Part shown: positions 27,557 through 39,872 of the stretch, one piece after another | How positions within the stretch are numbered: the first letter of the stretch is position 1 | Layout of the letters: each line of letters begins with the position of its first letter | Assembly (NCBI GenBank): GCA_051362555.1 | Contig: CM120649.1 | Span: 5,208,001-5,272,000, forward strand | Length of the DNA: 64,000 nucleotides | Origin: Lingula anatina | Taxonomy: Eukaryota > Animalia > Brachiopoda | Reading direction: 5' to 3' | The notes under the pieces: model-generated | The model's input: the letters and a program-made list of their open reading frames with translations, nothing else | Databases searched by the model: none | What the model was told of the DNA's origin: nothing | Made by a program: the position numbers and the translations under genes

Positions 27557-28014
27557 ATCACTCCATTCTACCATAAAGGTAAGTCAAATCAACTCCCTAA
27601 ACATCCCCTTTTTCACACTAAATTTATAAGTATTTAAATTTTTGTTTATCGCTGTGCACTATACATGTAGATGTAACTAAATATTGAGGGGATCAGTTTA
27701 TCAACAAGCAGCGTTAGGTTACTGTATTGCAACAGATGAATCTCCCTATTTCTGTCTTCTTTATTATGCATGGTGTTTCGGGGGACATCTAACAAATCAA
27801 GCTGTAAATTTTATGCATTGAGTACTTCGAAAACATATCATCTAGGTCTTTCGTTATGCTTTGGCCCAGAGACAGTGATGATCATATTGGACCACACCCA
27901 TTCGTCATTCTGACCGTTTATCATGCCCTTGCCCTTGATAAAACTTAATAAGCAAGACCTTTCTAAACGTGCTATATTGCTCCTATTATTAATGTTACGG
28001 GCCTTGCTACTTGG

Positions 28015-28210
28015 CAGTGGCGGATTTAGGGTGGGGGAATGTCAGGGGGGTCCTGAGCCCCCTTCTTGTAATTAGGATTTTGACCAGCTGACTCATAATG
28101 GCCCAAATGGCCCTCTAAGATACAAAAAAAGGGGGGTGGAGTCAGCTTCGCATAATGCGGCCTGTCATTCCTAAAAAAACGCCCCCCTCCCCCTTCAAAT
28201 AATCCTGGAT
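28015..28210. mobile_element. Truncated GC-rich non-autonomous DNA element in the GRP-2 intron
   Basis: Starts CAGTGGCGGATTTAGGG and ends ...cccccttcaaataatcctggat (partial inverted match). Absent at the equivalent position of unit B (~33540). Confidence 0.55.
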
Positions 28211-28779
28211 GGTATATGTCAGTAAAAAGTTACCTCAACTTGCAACGGATGATCAAAATAACAATAACATTGATTTTACTTTCAGAGTTCATTCATCGCA
28301 GTATTATGAGGAAATCGATGCCACGTCTTATCTCGACTGAAATATGGGGGAAACGGACGTCAGTTAGCAGCAATTTTTCCACCATTTTCATTCGTCAGTG
28401 CTTCATGGAGTCTTCATATTCATCACACCTGCCATGTGATTTGATACACTATCAGCACGAAAGTCTTGATCGTGTGCATACTCAGTATTTTAATGTGTTT
28501 TTCATGAAAACATCTTCATAGTTTTTTAACTCAGTCGCCATGATGTGTACATTTAAACGCAAAATCATACTGTTTGAATTTTTTTAAATGAGAGTTGTAC
28601 GTCTCTATCGTGATGTATTGAAATAAAAGTCACATTTTTATGGTAAACATGTGTTTTCTCAGTTATTAAAATTAATCCGTTAAAAATATTAATGCGCATT
28701 CTTCAAAACGTTCCAACGCCCCATAGTTTAACAAATTGCATTGTATCCCCCATCTTTCTGATTTTCTCTTTTCCTTACT

Positions 28780-28823
<44 letters not shown>

Positions 28824-29095
28824 GATCAAGCATGTAGTCATCCCTGAAGTCACCTCTTGCAAATGCAGTGAGATATCCGTTAACCAAGTTACGGTACAAG
28901 AACTCTGTTCCGACATGAACAATCATCAAAACCATGACAACGGGATGCTCTCCAAACTCTCCAAACTGCATGATCTTGACATACTCTTCCAAGAGGCATC
29001 TCCCAAAATGTCCACAGATTATCATTCGACCATCGATAGGTTAAAAAAAGGCGATATACAAAACATCAATTAAAACGGTTTACAGCTGGTATGCG

Positions 29096-29131
<36 letters not shown>

Positions 29132-29150
29132 GTTATTATTATTATTATTA
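29096..29150. repeat. (ATT)n microsatellite; another at ~56433-56472
   Basis: Trinucleotide run seen directly. Confidence 0.9.
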
Positions 29151-29380
29151 GTGTTTGCTTTAATTTAATAAATGATTTGACTAGCTACCGCATTGCTCTG
29201 GCTTGGTTGTGACATCTCCACTAACACAACAACGCGTCTCTTTATCTCGTTAGGTTGAAGAAAAGGGTTTGCGTACGAAACTGAATAGTTTATCTAATAA
29301 ATAAAAAAATTGAGTGATAGCCACAACCTTTTGTAATATTTGCTTATGCCTTGAATTGTTTATTTCTGACACAAACACAC

Positions 29381-29424
<44 letters not shown>

Positions 29425-30727
29425 GGGCAAGCGAAAAGAGTGAGAGAAACAATCATTCAAAAGTTTTAAAGACATGGTCTATCTCGAAATAATTTTTTAA
29501 TTCGTTTTATTGGTCGTGTTGGTGCCCTGGTAAAAGCAACATTTGTCACTTTAGAAAAGCGACGCATAGAACTACAGTGTATGAAAATCTTCCTTCAAGA
29601 AAACAAAGAACGACGAGGATAAGCTAAATCACCCCTTAACTTCCAGAATGTACAGGAAACTAAGCCATCACCAATCTAACTTCAATGTCCTTAATTCAAG
29701 ATCGAACGTACCGAACTTTTATACACTTTTCTTTTTAACATTTAGAAGTCTGTGTTTTATTTAGAACTCGGTTTGATCTTAATATAAATCTTTATTTTAT
29801 GTAAATATTTTATAATTTTATTCGAACTCATTCATCTGTACATCTTCAATCTTTTGGTTCCAATGTTCTATATTATATAATAAAAAGACATTTATAATGA
29901 AGGTCAAATGTATTTTGCTCCCTGACGATATAGTTAAAAATCTAACTGGCAACAGTTTTATTATTTGTTGACCGACTGAAATCAAGAAATGTATAAAAAT
30001 GATTTCAATACGACATGACGATGAATTCCACAGACTATCATGATATGCAATGTGATGAAGTATAAAATCACACTGTACCCGGTAGATACGATGATTCAAT
30101 GGAACCTGTATAGGTAAATATCTTGCACAATACTTGCTGGTAGCCGTCTTCCAAAATAACAGATATGGCAGTTGAGATAAGACCTTTTGGGAATCTGCAT
30201 ATAATAGACCCTTAGTAAACGTGAACCCTGAAAGTACTAGAAAGAATGAAAATGAATATTTTGATCTCCTGTGATATAACAAATTCTTCCAGGTGCATGT
30301 CCAAAGTGGAAAAGGCCAAACAGAATTGATAGCGTGGTTTACGAGCGGTGACTCTTTGTAATAAGGGTCGGAAGACGATTTTTTTTGTATTTGTCTTTTA
30401 AACAAATGATCTTACACGGGCATCGCAGTTAACTATGAGTGTTGGTTGGGCATTTTTGTAACTGGTAGGAAATCTCAGATCCACATGCAGTATGGACGAA
30501 TTTTTGAGCATGAAGCAAAATCGATGTATCACGTACAAAATAGCAAACACCCCGCAATGCATACGTTGCATTAAACAAACGTTATTTGCGATATATTTTA
30601 AACAAAACTAATGGTGTTCAGATTTTATTCAAGGAGTACAGGCTTGAATAAAACCTCATGAGAAAATGCACGAAATAATTTTGAATGTGAACAAAGTTTT
30701 TTTTTTTAAGAACATTGAACACACTAA

Positions 30728-30873
30728 CCTTCATGGTAGATTCCATATATCCGTCATAAAGGGTTATTTTTATATATTCGGTAGTATTTGTAATAACCCC
30801 CTCTTCAATATCCTCCACTGGAACCGAAACCGGGGTAACGTGACAGAGATTCCCGAGATTTGAGGTGGCGCAT
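30728..30873 (-). pseudogene. Degenerate GRP-1 paralog
   Basis: Lies at the GRP-1-equivalent position of unit B. The frame from ATG 30873 reads MRHLKSRESLSRYPGFGSSGGY*RGGYYKYYRIYKNNPL*. Signal peptide and poly-Gly are lost, with an in-frame TGA at 30805-30807. Donor (AAG|GTTAGT, 30728) and acceptor (tactttcag, 30228) are retained. Confidence 0.75.
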
Positions 30874-32472
30874 GCTCTAACTTTGAATAAACGGTATATA
30901 ATATTCATATCTTCTCCAATATTTTGCATTTTCTGATCCGTGCATTTTGTTAGATATGGTATCTGGAATAAAAAAAAAGCACTGCACAAAATGGTTAACA
31001 GATGTGAGGTGATCATTTGTCAACAAAACACATGGGATTAGAGGTGAGATTACGTTTTTGACCAAGTCTGTATTACAATTACAATTACAATATCCACAGT
31101 GACAATATTCCCGGTTCTTGCCCTTTTGGCTCAGTGGAGCGCGAATTATTTCCTGCAGTAAAAATGTCACGATGACCCCTGGTACAAGGGGGTAATGGTC
31201 AGCATACATGCTAAACCACCCTCCTCCCATTAAAAAGCCTGTAGTTCTATTAGGACAGCACATAAAATGTCATCCTTTTTACCGGTCATTTATATCTGGG
31301 TACAGTTAAAAAAACATTTCCTCAATTTGCGGTAAGGCGCGTGGACAGTGGGGAAAGCTCGTATGTCATATGCTGTTGATAGACAGAGTGACCGGTATTC
31401 ATGAAGGGAGGTTTAATTTATGGCGTAGGTAAATATTTATCACTCCACAAACTGAAATATATGCACTATTTGTTTGGATATTGTTTATTAAGGCAACATC
31501 TCTCAGGCCTAATCATTACGTTATTCCTATTACTCAACATTATCCATGTTGTCTACTTAATTACATTGTTCGTTCTATTCGAGGGACTTTTAAATAGAGT
31601 CCGTCACCAGTCAAGTTTTGAACACCATACTTGTGTTTATCTTTTATTGTTTTTTGTTTGTGAGTGAGGAGACATAAAGGCCGTTAGCAGAGTTCAAACT
31701 TTTTTGATTCAGTGAAATACATTGCTGAACTATCTGTAAGCATAGCGATGCACGATGAACAACGATGCTATAATGCTGTGTTGTTACCCTGCTTAAAAGT
31801 TCCAAGATTAAGATTAAAATTAATAATGAAAAATATAACAAGTGTATTTGAAAATATCATTTAAAGCTGTTGTAAAATGGACTTCAATGGACTTCAAAGT
31901 TTAATATGATGATTTGAAAAGAGCAGAGTTACCACATCAGCAATTGATATTGTTTTATTTTTTAAAAAGCTGTTGTAACATGGGCTTTATTAGACTACTC
32001 TCTTGTTGAAGAGAGTAGAGTTATTATATCAACAATCTATATTATGAACCAATGGCATAATCATACCTACTCAAAATTATACAAAATATGTTGTAAATTA
32101 CTTGCCTTCCCTCTCTCTCTATCACGTTCTTATTATATGCACGTGCGTTTTTTTTTCACGTGCTGTCTGCAAATGTAGCGTGAGGCCTCTCTCCACGCAA
32201 GGGTCCAGTAGCATGCTTACTGACCATCAAGTCCTTGACTTCAGTGGGCATCAGGAAATAATTCGTTCTCATTTGTCAAAAAAGCAAGAACCATATCTAG
32301 AAAAAATCGCAACATGGTTTCTATTAAAAGAATAAAAAAGGCTCAGATAAATTATTCAGTGCAGGCTGTAATGATGATTTGTTTATTAATTTGTTTTTTA
32401 TTATTTGTGTTACAACGTGAAAAATACTTTTTTTACCGAAGATGAGGTCTGTGCACGCGAGAGAGCAAATGC

Positions 32473-32479
32473 TATAAAA
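32473..32479 (+). promoter_or_regulatory. TATA box of GRP-3
   Basis: gcTATAAAA 91 nt upstream of the ATG. Confidence 0.75.
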
Positions 32480-32563
32480 ACCAGCGCTATCCACGACTAC
32501 AACAGACCAACTGAGGTTTGCTTTGGAAATCTCTTCCCGGCAGTCCTCTAGATAGTCGCCAAG

Positions 32564-32821
32564 ATGTTGAAGCACCTGTTCATCCTCGGCCTGATCATCA
32601 TGCCGATCTTCGCCCAATCCTACAGCGGAGGCGGTGGCGGCGGTGCTGGCGGTGGTGGCGGTGGCCCAGGAGGATCCGGCTTTGGTGCCGGTTTCGGCTT
32701 TGGCTCTGCTCCCGGCGGCGGCGGCGGTGGCGGCGGCGGCGGTGGTGGCTCCAACGGTGGCTTCGGCTTCGGCGGCGGCTTTGGTTCCGGTGGCACTTAT
32801 AACGGTCCACCCCCACCTTAA
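32564..32821 (+). CDS. Secreted glycine-rich protein GRP-3 (85 aa), ends TYNGPPPP
   Basis: Signal peptide identical to GRP-1/2, two modules. Donor AAG|GTAAGT at 32844, acceptor at 33615, AATAAA at 33915. Confidence 0.9.
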   Translation: MLKHLFILGLIIMPIFAQSYSGGGGGGAGGGGGGPGGSGFGAGFGFGSAPGGGGGGGGGGGGSNGGFGFGGGFGSGGTYNGPPPP

Positions 32822-33252
32822 ATCGCTCTATTCTGCTATGAAGGTAAGTTTAAACAATTATTCTCAATGAAAGTTTAGGATTTCATTTATTTTCAAACAT
32901 CGAAACGTTACTGTTCTGTGACGGGTGATTTTCTTTATTCCCTTCTTGTTTAATTTGCATTACGTCCTTAAGAGAAATATAACAACTCAAGCTGTAAATG
33001 TTAGTGCCACGAAAATGTTTCATCCACTCATACTCGGTATAAAAAGTAGAAAGGCGGTTATTGATCATATTTGATCACACCCTTATGCCAACATGACCAT
33101 TTGATTACGTTCTTGCCTTATACCTAGCTGGCAATTGTTAAAGAGGTAGATTTTTCTATGATGCATTCGGTTCTTTACAAAAATTACATGTATGTCGCAT
33201 TCGATACTTTATGCAACTAAATAAGTAGGGCCTTTGTAAAAGCTGTATCTTA

Positions 33253-33495
33253 GATCCCACCCCCATACCTAGATCGATCTAACAGGATCGAACCATCTCC
33301 GAGGGGTTTCTTGCTAAATTGCTTTCAGCTTAAGCGGCTTAGATGCCTGACACGCCTACATAAGCTGCTAAACAATAGTTAATTATCAGTAGGTGTGCCA
33401 GACATCAGAGTCGCTTAAGCTGAAAGCAATTTAGCGAGAAACCCCTTGGAGAGGGGTCGATCCTGCCAGATCGATCTAGGTATGGGAACGGGATC
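33253..33495. mobile_element. Fold-back PIF/Harbinger-type MITE in the GRP-3 3' intron
   Basis: About 105-bp imperfect inverted arms (gatccc..cccatacctagatcgatct..caggatcga...gctaaattgctttcagcttaagcg), TTA on both sides (33250-33252, 33496-33498). Absent from unit A. Confidence 0.88.
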
Positions 33496-34043
33496 TTAAT
33501 GTAGTTATTAATGTTACCCACCTTGGAGCTTTGCTACTTGATATCTCACGTGAACTGTGTAACCTCAACCCGCTACGAGATATCAAAATAACGATTAAAT
33601 TAATTTTACTTTCAGAGATCATTCATCTCAGTTTTGTTAGAAGAAAATTGCATCCACGCTTCATCTCGACTGAAATATTGAGGAGTTTTCAGCATATTTC
33701 CCAACATTCCCATTCACCAAGGTTTCATGGAGTCTTCATGTTTATCATACCTACTATGTGTTATGATACACGATCATCACCATACAGCTCATGATAGTGT
33801 GGGACTCTATACCTGTATATTTTTAAACGCAGTCTGATGCATGTATCTGAACACCACTCTCACTGCTTGCCATTTTGTAAACGAAGCTTGAGCATCTTTA
33901 TCGTAATACCTTAAAATAAAATTTACATTTTTTACTGATAAACAGGTGTTGTTGATAATAATTCAAACTTATCGGTTGAAACATTATACATACATAGTAG
34001 TTGAAACGTTCCTGAATTGAGTCGTATTTCACCGCCATCTTCG

Positions 34044-34119
<76 letters not shown>

Positions 34120-35433
34120 TCAACATTTACTAATTGGTGTGATCTTCAGAAACTTCTTTTTACAAAAAGTTGTTGCTGTTGCACAAAAGTTTTTTCAAAT
34201 AGTTTATTCAGTACAAGGTAGTGGACTGCCAGTGTCGTTTGAGAATAATCCCTTTACCAAGGACAAGTGTAATACGTGTTTCTTACCATTAAGGATGTGC
34301 AATGTATCTATCGTGTTAACAATGCCATGGACGGATTCGGAGCAAGAATGGAGTTAAGAGGTTTGGTGCATAAGAGACGGTACTCCCCCTTAATGACCTT
34401 CCATTAAAACAGCATTTTTGTGAAACCCCTTTCCTTCCTGTAACCTGCATCCCCATTTTTTCATCACTTACCTTTGTGTAGCTCCTTCCACTATTGCCCC
34501 CTCTTGTCCAGCTTTACCCCTGCCCAGTACACCAACCCCATGACTAGGACTCGCAAGTGGTTCGTGTTCAATAACGTGTTAGTGGCCCAAAGCGATAATT
34601 GCGTTAGATGAGACGTCGCAACCAGCACATTGAGCTCTTGTGCATTCATTTTGACGTGTGAAGCAGTGGTGCAATAACTTGAATAAGACGTTTCAATTTT
34701 ATGAGCACTAAATTTAAGGGACTGCCCGATAAAGCCGAATACATCATTTCTCAGAGAGGGTCTATCAACTAACGTACTTAGCAACTTATAATATCTGTCG
34801 TTTCATTGCATTAATTGTGCCAACTAGAACGCCATCGGTACAACTATCGCAATTAACTAAGGCAAATTGTAACAATACCAGATCCTCATACGATGTTTAT
34901 TTCCTCCTTTTACTAGTAGAAGGAACCCTGCATATGAAAAACATGGATCAGTAAAGTGCTTCTACGAGTATATGTAGTCAATGTTCAAGGGACTTGTCCC
35001 TTTTCTGAAACTGGACTATTACCTACCTTGAATTTTCTTATTCATTACATAAGAGTGCGCAAATTTTGAATATCTTTATTTAATTGTTTTCTATTCAACA
35101 TACGGAGGCTTATCTTCAGTTTAACCGACCTCAGAAGAAGAATTACTTATGGTTGTTTACTGGTGTGGTCGGCTCAATCCGTATAGTTTAAAGTCCCATA
35201 TCAAATGACACTTTTCAGGGCATGCCCCCTGCTGTGGACGTGTGTTTTGACATCGATCCTTGCTGTATTTCCCAAGATAAATAAATTGCAGATGGATGTA
35301 TAGAAATACTTACACCACGTATAGATAACTAAATATTAAGGCCAGTGCACGCTGTCTAGACATCTCCATAATGAGAAAGTCACTAAACACATGACTGAAA
35401 GTAAGACATAAAACCGGTTCAGCTGATACGCCT

Positions 35434-35614
35434 CAGGCCCGTAGCCCGGGGGGGGGGGGAGTTCGAACGCACCGCCCTTTTTGCCTGGAAAGGTCCACTC
35501 TCGCGACTGGGTACAATTTGATCTACATGTAAGTACACGTAGGTTTCATGGTAAAAGGTCCCACTTTTTCAGAAAAAGCCCCCCTCCCCTCTAAAATGGC
35601 TGGCTTCGGGCATG
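35434..35614. mobile_element. Short non-autonomous DNA element with 13-bp TIR and 5-bp TSD
   Basis: Left CAGGCCCGTAGCC versus reverse complement of the right end CATGCCCGAAGCC. CGCCT directly flanks both ends (35429-35433, 35615-35619). Confidence 0.75.
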
Positions 35615-37092
35615 CGCCTCGTATTGCAGACCGAAAAAAAAAACAAACAAAGAGCAATGATACGTGAAAAGAGAGAGGGCTAAGTTGAAAATAAGCTCGT
35701 TGAAGTGAGGCTTCCCCTTGCAGGATCCAATTGTTGATATAATGCTCAAATGGTACAAATTAGAGGACGCAAGCATGAGTGTAGTGCATCAAATTTGGGG
35801 AAATGGCTACGCGCTATACGGGGCATATTAGATCACGAATTTCAGTATCGTTGAATCTGCTGCATGCATGGCTCTCTTGAATAAACAGATATGTAAAGAA
35901 CGGAATGCGTAATGTATTTAATTAAATCTCTAGGTTCCAACAGTAAATCGAGAATTTTGGTGCCAAATAAGTAGATACTTGCTTCTCAATTTAGTTTAAT
36001 TTTAATAATGAACATAATATCCATCTCAATACGAGATATTTAGTAATAAGTCCACCTGTGTCTCCCTATGGTCAAGGACAAATGATTGCCCAGTAGTCTT
36101 TCAATTGCCAAAAGTGCCATTGCCAAAAAGTAGGGTCTGGTTCGTAAGGAATATATATATATATACTGCACTTCACTAAGTCACTTCACTAAGTCTCAAC
36201 AATATAGATCCATATAATTTTTGTCCTGTTCAGGCCATGGACAAAATTATCTGATTATTTTTCTCTATGTTCAGACTGTTTGTAGAATTTCTAATCCCTC
36301 TGAATAGGAAAACATTGACCATTTTGTGGCTCACAATTGATTTTAGAACGATTTACCCTAGCAATAGGTAGCGTAATCAATAGAATTGTCGTATCATAAT
36401 GTTATTTAGTTTAAGTACCATGATAATACTTAATGTGTAATGGAGCGATTCATTGCGGAAAAAATATGGTAGCGAAAAAGGAAAACTTACATAAAATATT
36501 TTACAGGAAAAACTCTTGCCTGAAATTGTTTCTGTTACTATATTTTAGGAAGAAAATCTGTAGTACTTTGAAAAAAAAGGTCTTCCGTGACATGCCATCA
36601 TTGAGCACTTACAGCTTGTTCATGTTAAATGTGCATTATAGCTCCACAAAAAAGGACGAATTTGCATTTTTTAAAACTCTACATCTGGCTTTTAAACTAC
36701 GCCTTGCTATGCACGTGTCAAAGGGTTATATATAAAAAAATGTTTGTAGTGCCACAGTTGAAATATGAAGATACATCTTTAAATCGTTTTAAGTGACGTG
36801 TTCTGATTCCTAACGTGTACATTGATGGATTTTTTTTCTTATTTGACTTATCCTCTTTTCCTTATTTTGTGGTGGAAGCAGTAGTTAAACACACAAAATA
36901 AAATGTATTTTTTTTTATTTCTGTGAGAGACAGACTCGTATCCTTAACTTAAACTTCATAGAACGTGATAGCACGCTATGGTTGTTACTGATTTCCGACG
37001 ACACGTTTTAGTATGCGTTAAAAGGCAACGGCTTATAGGCGCGCCGTTATAAGTCAAGAAGACGTCTATTTGACAACGTTTATCACTCTCTC

Positions 37093-37123
<31 letters not shown>

Positions 37124-39388
37124 ACCCTCTATCTCTCTCTCTCTTCTTCTCTCTCTCTCTCTCTCTCTCTCTCATACATATCACAGTGTATTGCTAAGGT
37201 GAGGCTAATTATAAAGTAGGCACACGCACACAATTCACTGACAATTTCGCTATAAGAATTCAATTTAGTTTAATAGGGTAAATCATTTTTTTCGTAATTT
37301 GGTGACGAAAAATATGCATTGTGTTTTCAAAAACCCAATAACGATAATACCCTAGGCACACCCACCCATTTGGTCTCAACTATGCCTGATTTTCGACGAA
37401 ATTTGCTTTTAGAAATTGAATGGGAAAGCAATACCTTCTTGTATACTATGATGAAGTCCATGAGAATAAAACCATTTTCTTAATATCATCACCAGCTTGC
37501 TAATTATGTAATAATCCTTATACATGTAGTGGTGATACACAATATGCAAAACAACGCTGGCAAAGATAAAAATTAATTCTAAGACTATAAACATAAACAC
37601 TGTCGTTAAGTTTCACGAAGAGAGAAAGATATCTTTCAACAATATTATTAGGCTACTAACATCATGGTTGTTGGCCAAATGGAATAGTCGCGAAAATTGA
37701 AAGCTTGCTCATTCTCCTAGCGTCCACAGAAAAGTTACCAAATGGACTTTTCTTTTCGGATTTATAACTCTTCACGTCAATATTTATGCAAAAATCCTGT
37801 TACTTAGGTGTATTATGTATACACGTTTGGTATATAAAAATACTATTAAATCTAGTAGTAAAATATAAGAAAAAATCCACGAAGTTCCATAATAGCGTTT
37901 TCTTCACCATTCGAAACATTTTTTAATGTTTAAAACATTTTCTTAAACAAAAAAAGAAACAACATAAAAACGAGTATATGTTAGAACCCCTTCGTCTCGA
38001 AAACTAACATTAATGCCATACCGTACGTTGTGTCTGCCCGTGTGGGTGGCTGTCATGTTGATAATTCTGAATAAGGAAATACTGAAATACGCGTCTCCAT
38101 AACATCCTATGAAAATCAATCACTACAAGGTGCTATAAGCGGACATGGTCATGCATGCGTGCATTTTGCTCCTTGGGGTCATCAACAAGTCATCTATTCA
38201 GGTGCCACGTGAAACACTTGTATATGACCTTAAACTAGGTACTGCCAGTTACAAGCCTTTTTCTCCAATTTCCTTTACCATATATGACGGAAATAAGGGA
38301 TAATGTTATCTCACGCGCTACCGGTATCTTCAACAATTGGCCAATGGAAGCGCTGGGTTTGCAAAACAAGTTTTTACAACCAATATATTTGATGGCATTG
38401 GTAATGTTGACATCGCACGCGGACTTTGACGGCAAAAAAGGAAACTTCCATCCAAAGCATAAAAACTGCAATTTGATTTTCATTTGGTTATTTTTTTTTA
38501 CATTCCATTAAAATTGCCTTTATACCAGTCATACCAAAAATTATTATTTATTATAAATGAGATAATAAATAAACATTTGGGTCACTCCCAACCGCGGTAA
38601 TTTCATAATGAAATCTACACTGATCAATTTTTATTAATTCATTTTAGATCGGTCCCGTATTGCCCAGTTTAAAAGATATTAATAGATAGATATTTTGGAA
38701 AGCAGTCTCTTGATACGGTAACTTACACCTTAAATGCAAGCCAAGTGAAACAACTAAAATTATTTATTTGTAAATTAAACTATATGTTGAATTAGGTCTG
38801 AATTATCAGTTATAAACTTCAAATCATATGGGTAAAGCAGTACGAACGGTACCCAAAACCCTTTGCTCTTTTATTAAGATCTTGATAAAGATTCTTTGTC
38901 AAGATTTTCCCCTATATACATGTATACAGTATATATGGGTATAACAAGTGTCCACAATAATATTACTTGAAAGTAAAATAGGCACCATCAACTAAAGACG
39001 CTTTTTAGTACACTCTTTGCAACAAATGCTCGCACTCCTCTCCTCTCTCCAGCAGTTGCACTAAAATACAATGTTTCTACATCTTTTTTAAACCAATGGC
39101 TTGTAGAAAAAGATTTGGCAAAGCCTGTATTGACGCTCACCTAGAAATCAACAATCTCATCATTTTTTATCATCCTCTCACCACGAACATGCACTTAGAC
39201 ATGAAATATGACCAGGAATTACTCTCAACAAGAGATAGGATCGGTCTAAGACCTCGACAATGCAAACAATTAATCTTAAAAAAAGTTTTTTTTCTCTTAT
39301 TTCATTTTCATATTTTTTTCAGGATGACCTCAAATTATATATGCAAAGTTAAAAGCCTCGGGTCATGCAGCATACTGGTGCTCAAGGC

Positions 39389-39395
39389 TATAAAA
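39389..39395 (+). promoter_or_regulatory. TATA box of GRP-4
   Basis: gcTATAAAA 91 nt upstream of ATG 39480. Confidence 0.75.
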
Positions 39396-39479
39396 ATGGA
39401 AGTTTTCGTCAGCTGGCACAAACCGACCAGAGGCAAGCTTAGAAGAAGTATCTTTACTGTCCTCCTGAACTTACCCAAG

Positions 39480-39872
39480 ATGTTAAAGAACCTGTTTATT
39501 CTTGGCTTGGTGATCACTCCAATCTTCGCCCAAGCTGGCGGCGGGGGTGGCGGTGGAGGCGGTGGCGGTGGCACCAACGGCGGATCTGGTTACGGTTTTG
39601 GAGCAGGCTTTGGTTTCGGCCAAGGCAATAGTGCTACCGGTGGCAGCGGCGGCGGCGGCGGCGGCGGTGGTGGAGGTGGCGGAAGCAGTGGCCCCAACGG
39701 TGGATCTGGCTACGGCTCTGGAGGCGGCTTTGGTTTCGGCAGCGGAAATGGTGCCGGCGGTGGTGGCGGCGGTGGCGGTGGTGGCGGCGGTGGTGGCAGT
39801 GGCACCAACGGTGGATCTGGCTACGGCTCTGGAGCAGGCTTTGGGTTTGGCCAGGGCAATGGCAGACGCTAA
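39480..39872 (+). CDS. Secreted glycine-rich protein GRP-4 (130 aa), three modules, C-terminal GRR
   Basis: MLKNLFILGLVITPIFA|Q, three (G12-14)..NGGSGYG.G.GFGFG modules, ends GQGNGRR*. Donor at 39894, acceptor at 40188, AATAAA at 40425. Confidence 0.9.
   Translation: MLKNLFILGLVITPIFAQAGGGGGGGGGGGGTNGGSGYGFGAGFGFGQGNSATGGSGGGGGGGGGGGGSSGPNGGSGYGSGGGFGFGSGNGAGGGGGGGGGGGGGGSGTNGGSGYGSGAGFGFGQGNGRR

Larger units (their letters stand above)
24110..34120. repeat. Old tandem segmental duplication of about 5 kb: unit A ~24110-28820, unit B ~29170-34120
   Basis: Collinear anchors: ggttgtgacatctc (~24140/~29205), tataaaatcacactgta (~24879/~30061), ggcatcgcagttaactat (~25221/~30419), agtagcatgcttactgaccatcaagtcc (~26894/~32207), ttttactttcagag (~28274/~33604). 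Confidence 0.85.

Noticed and set aside
29818-30405. 195-aa minus-strand ORF
   Set aside because: Non-ATG start, covers the intron and 3' exon of the pseudogene, and is not conserved as a full ORF in the paralogous unit A.
30618-31016. 132-aa minus-strand ORF over the pseudogene
   Set aside because: Resembles only the shifted frame of GRP-1/2 and runs through the splice donor.
39096-39479. N-terminal extensions of the ORF-track calls for GRP-4 (and 25916-26053 for GRP-1)
   Set aside because: They span the TATA box and are not open in paralogs. The conserved start is the MLK ATG.
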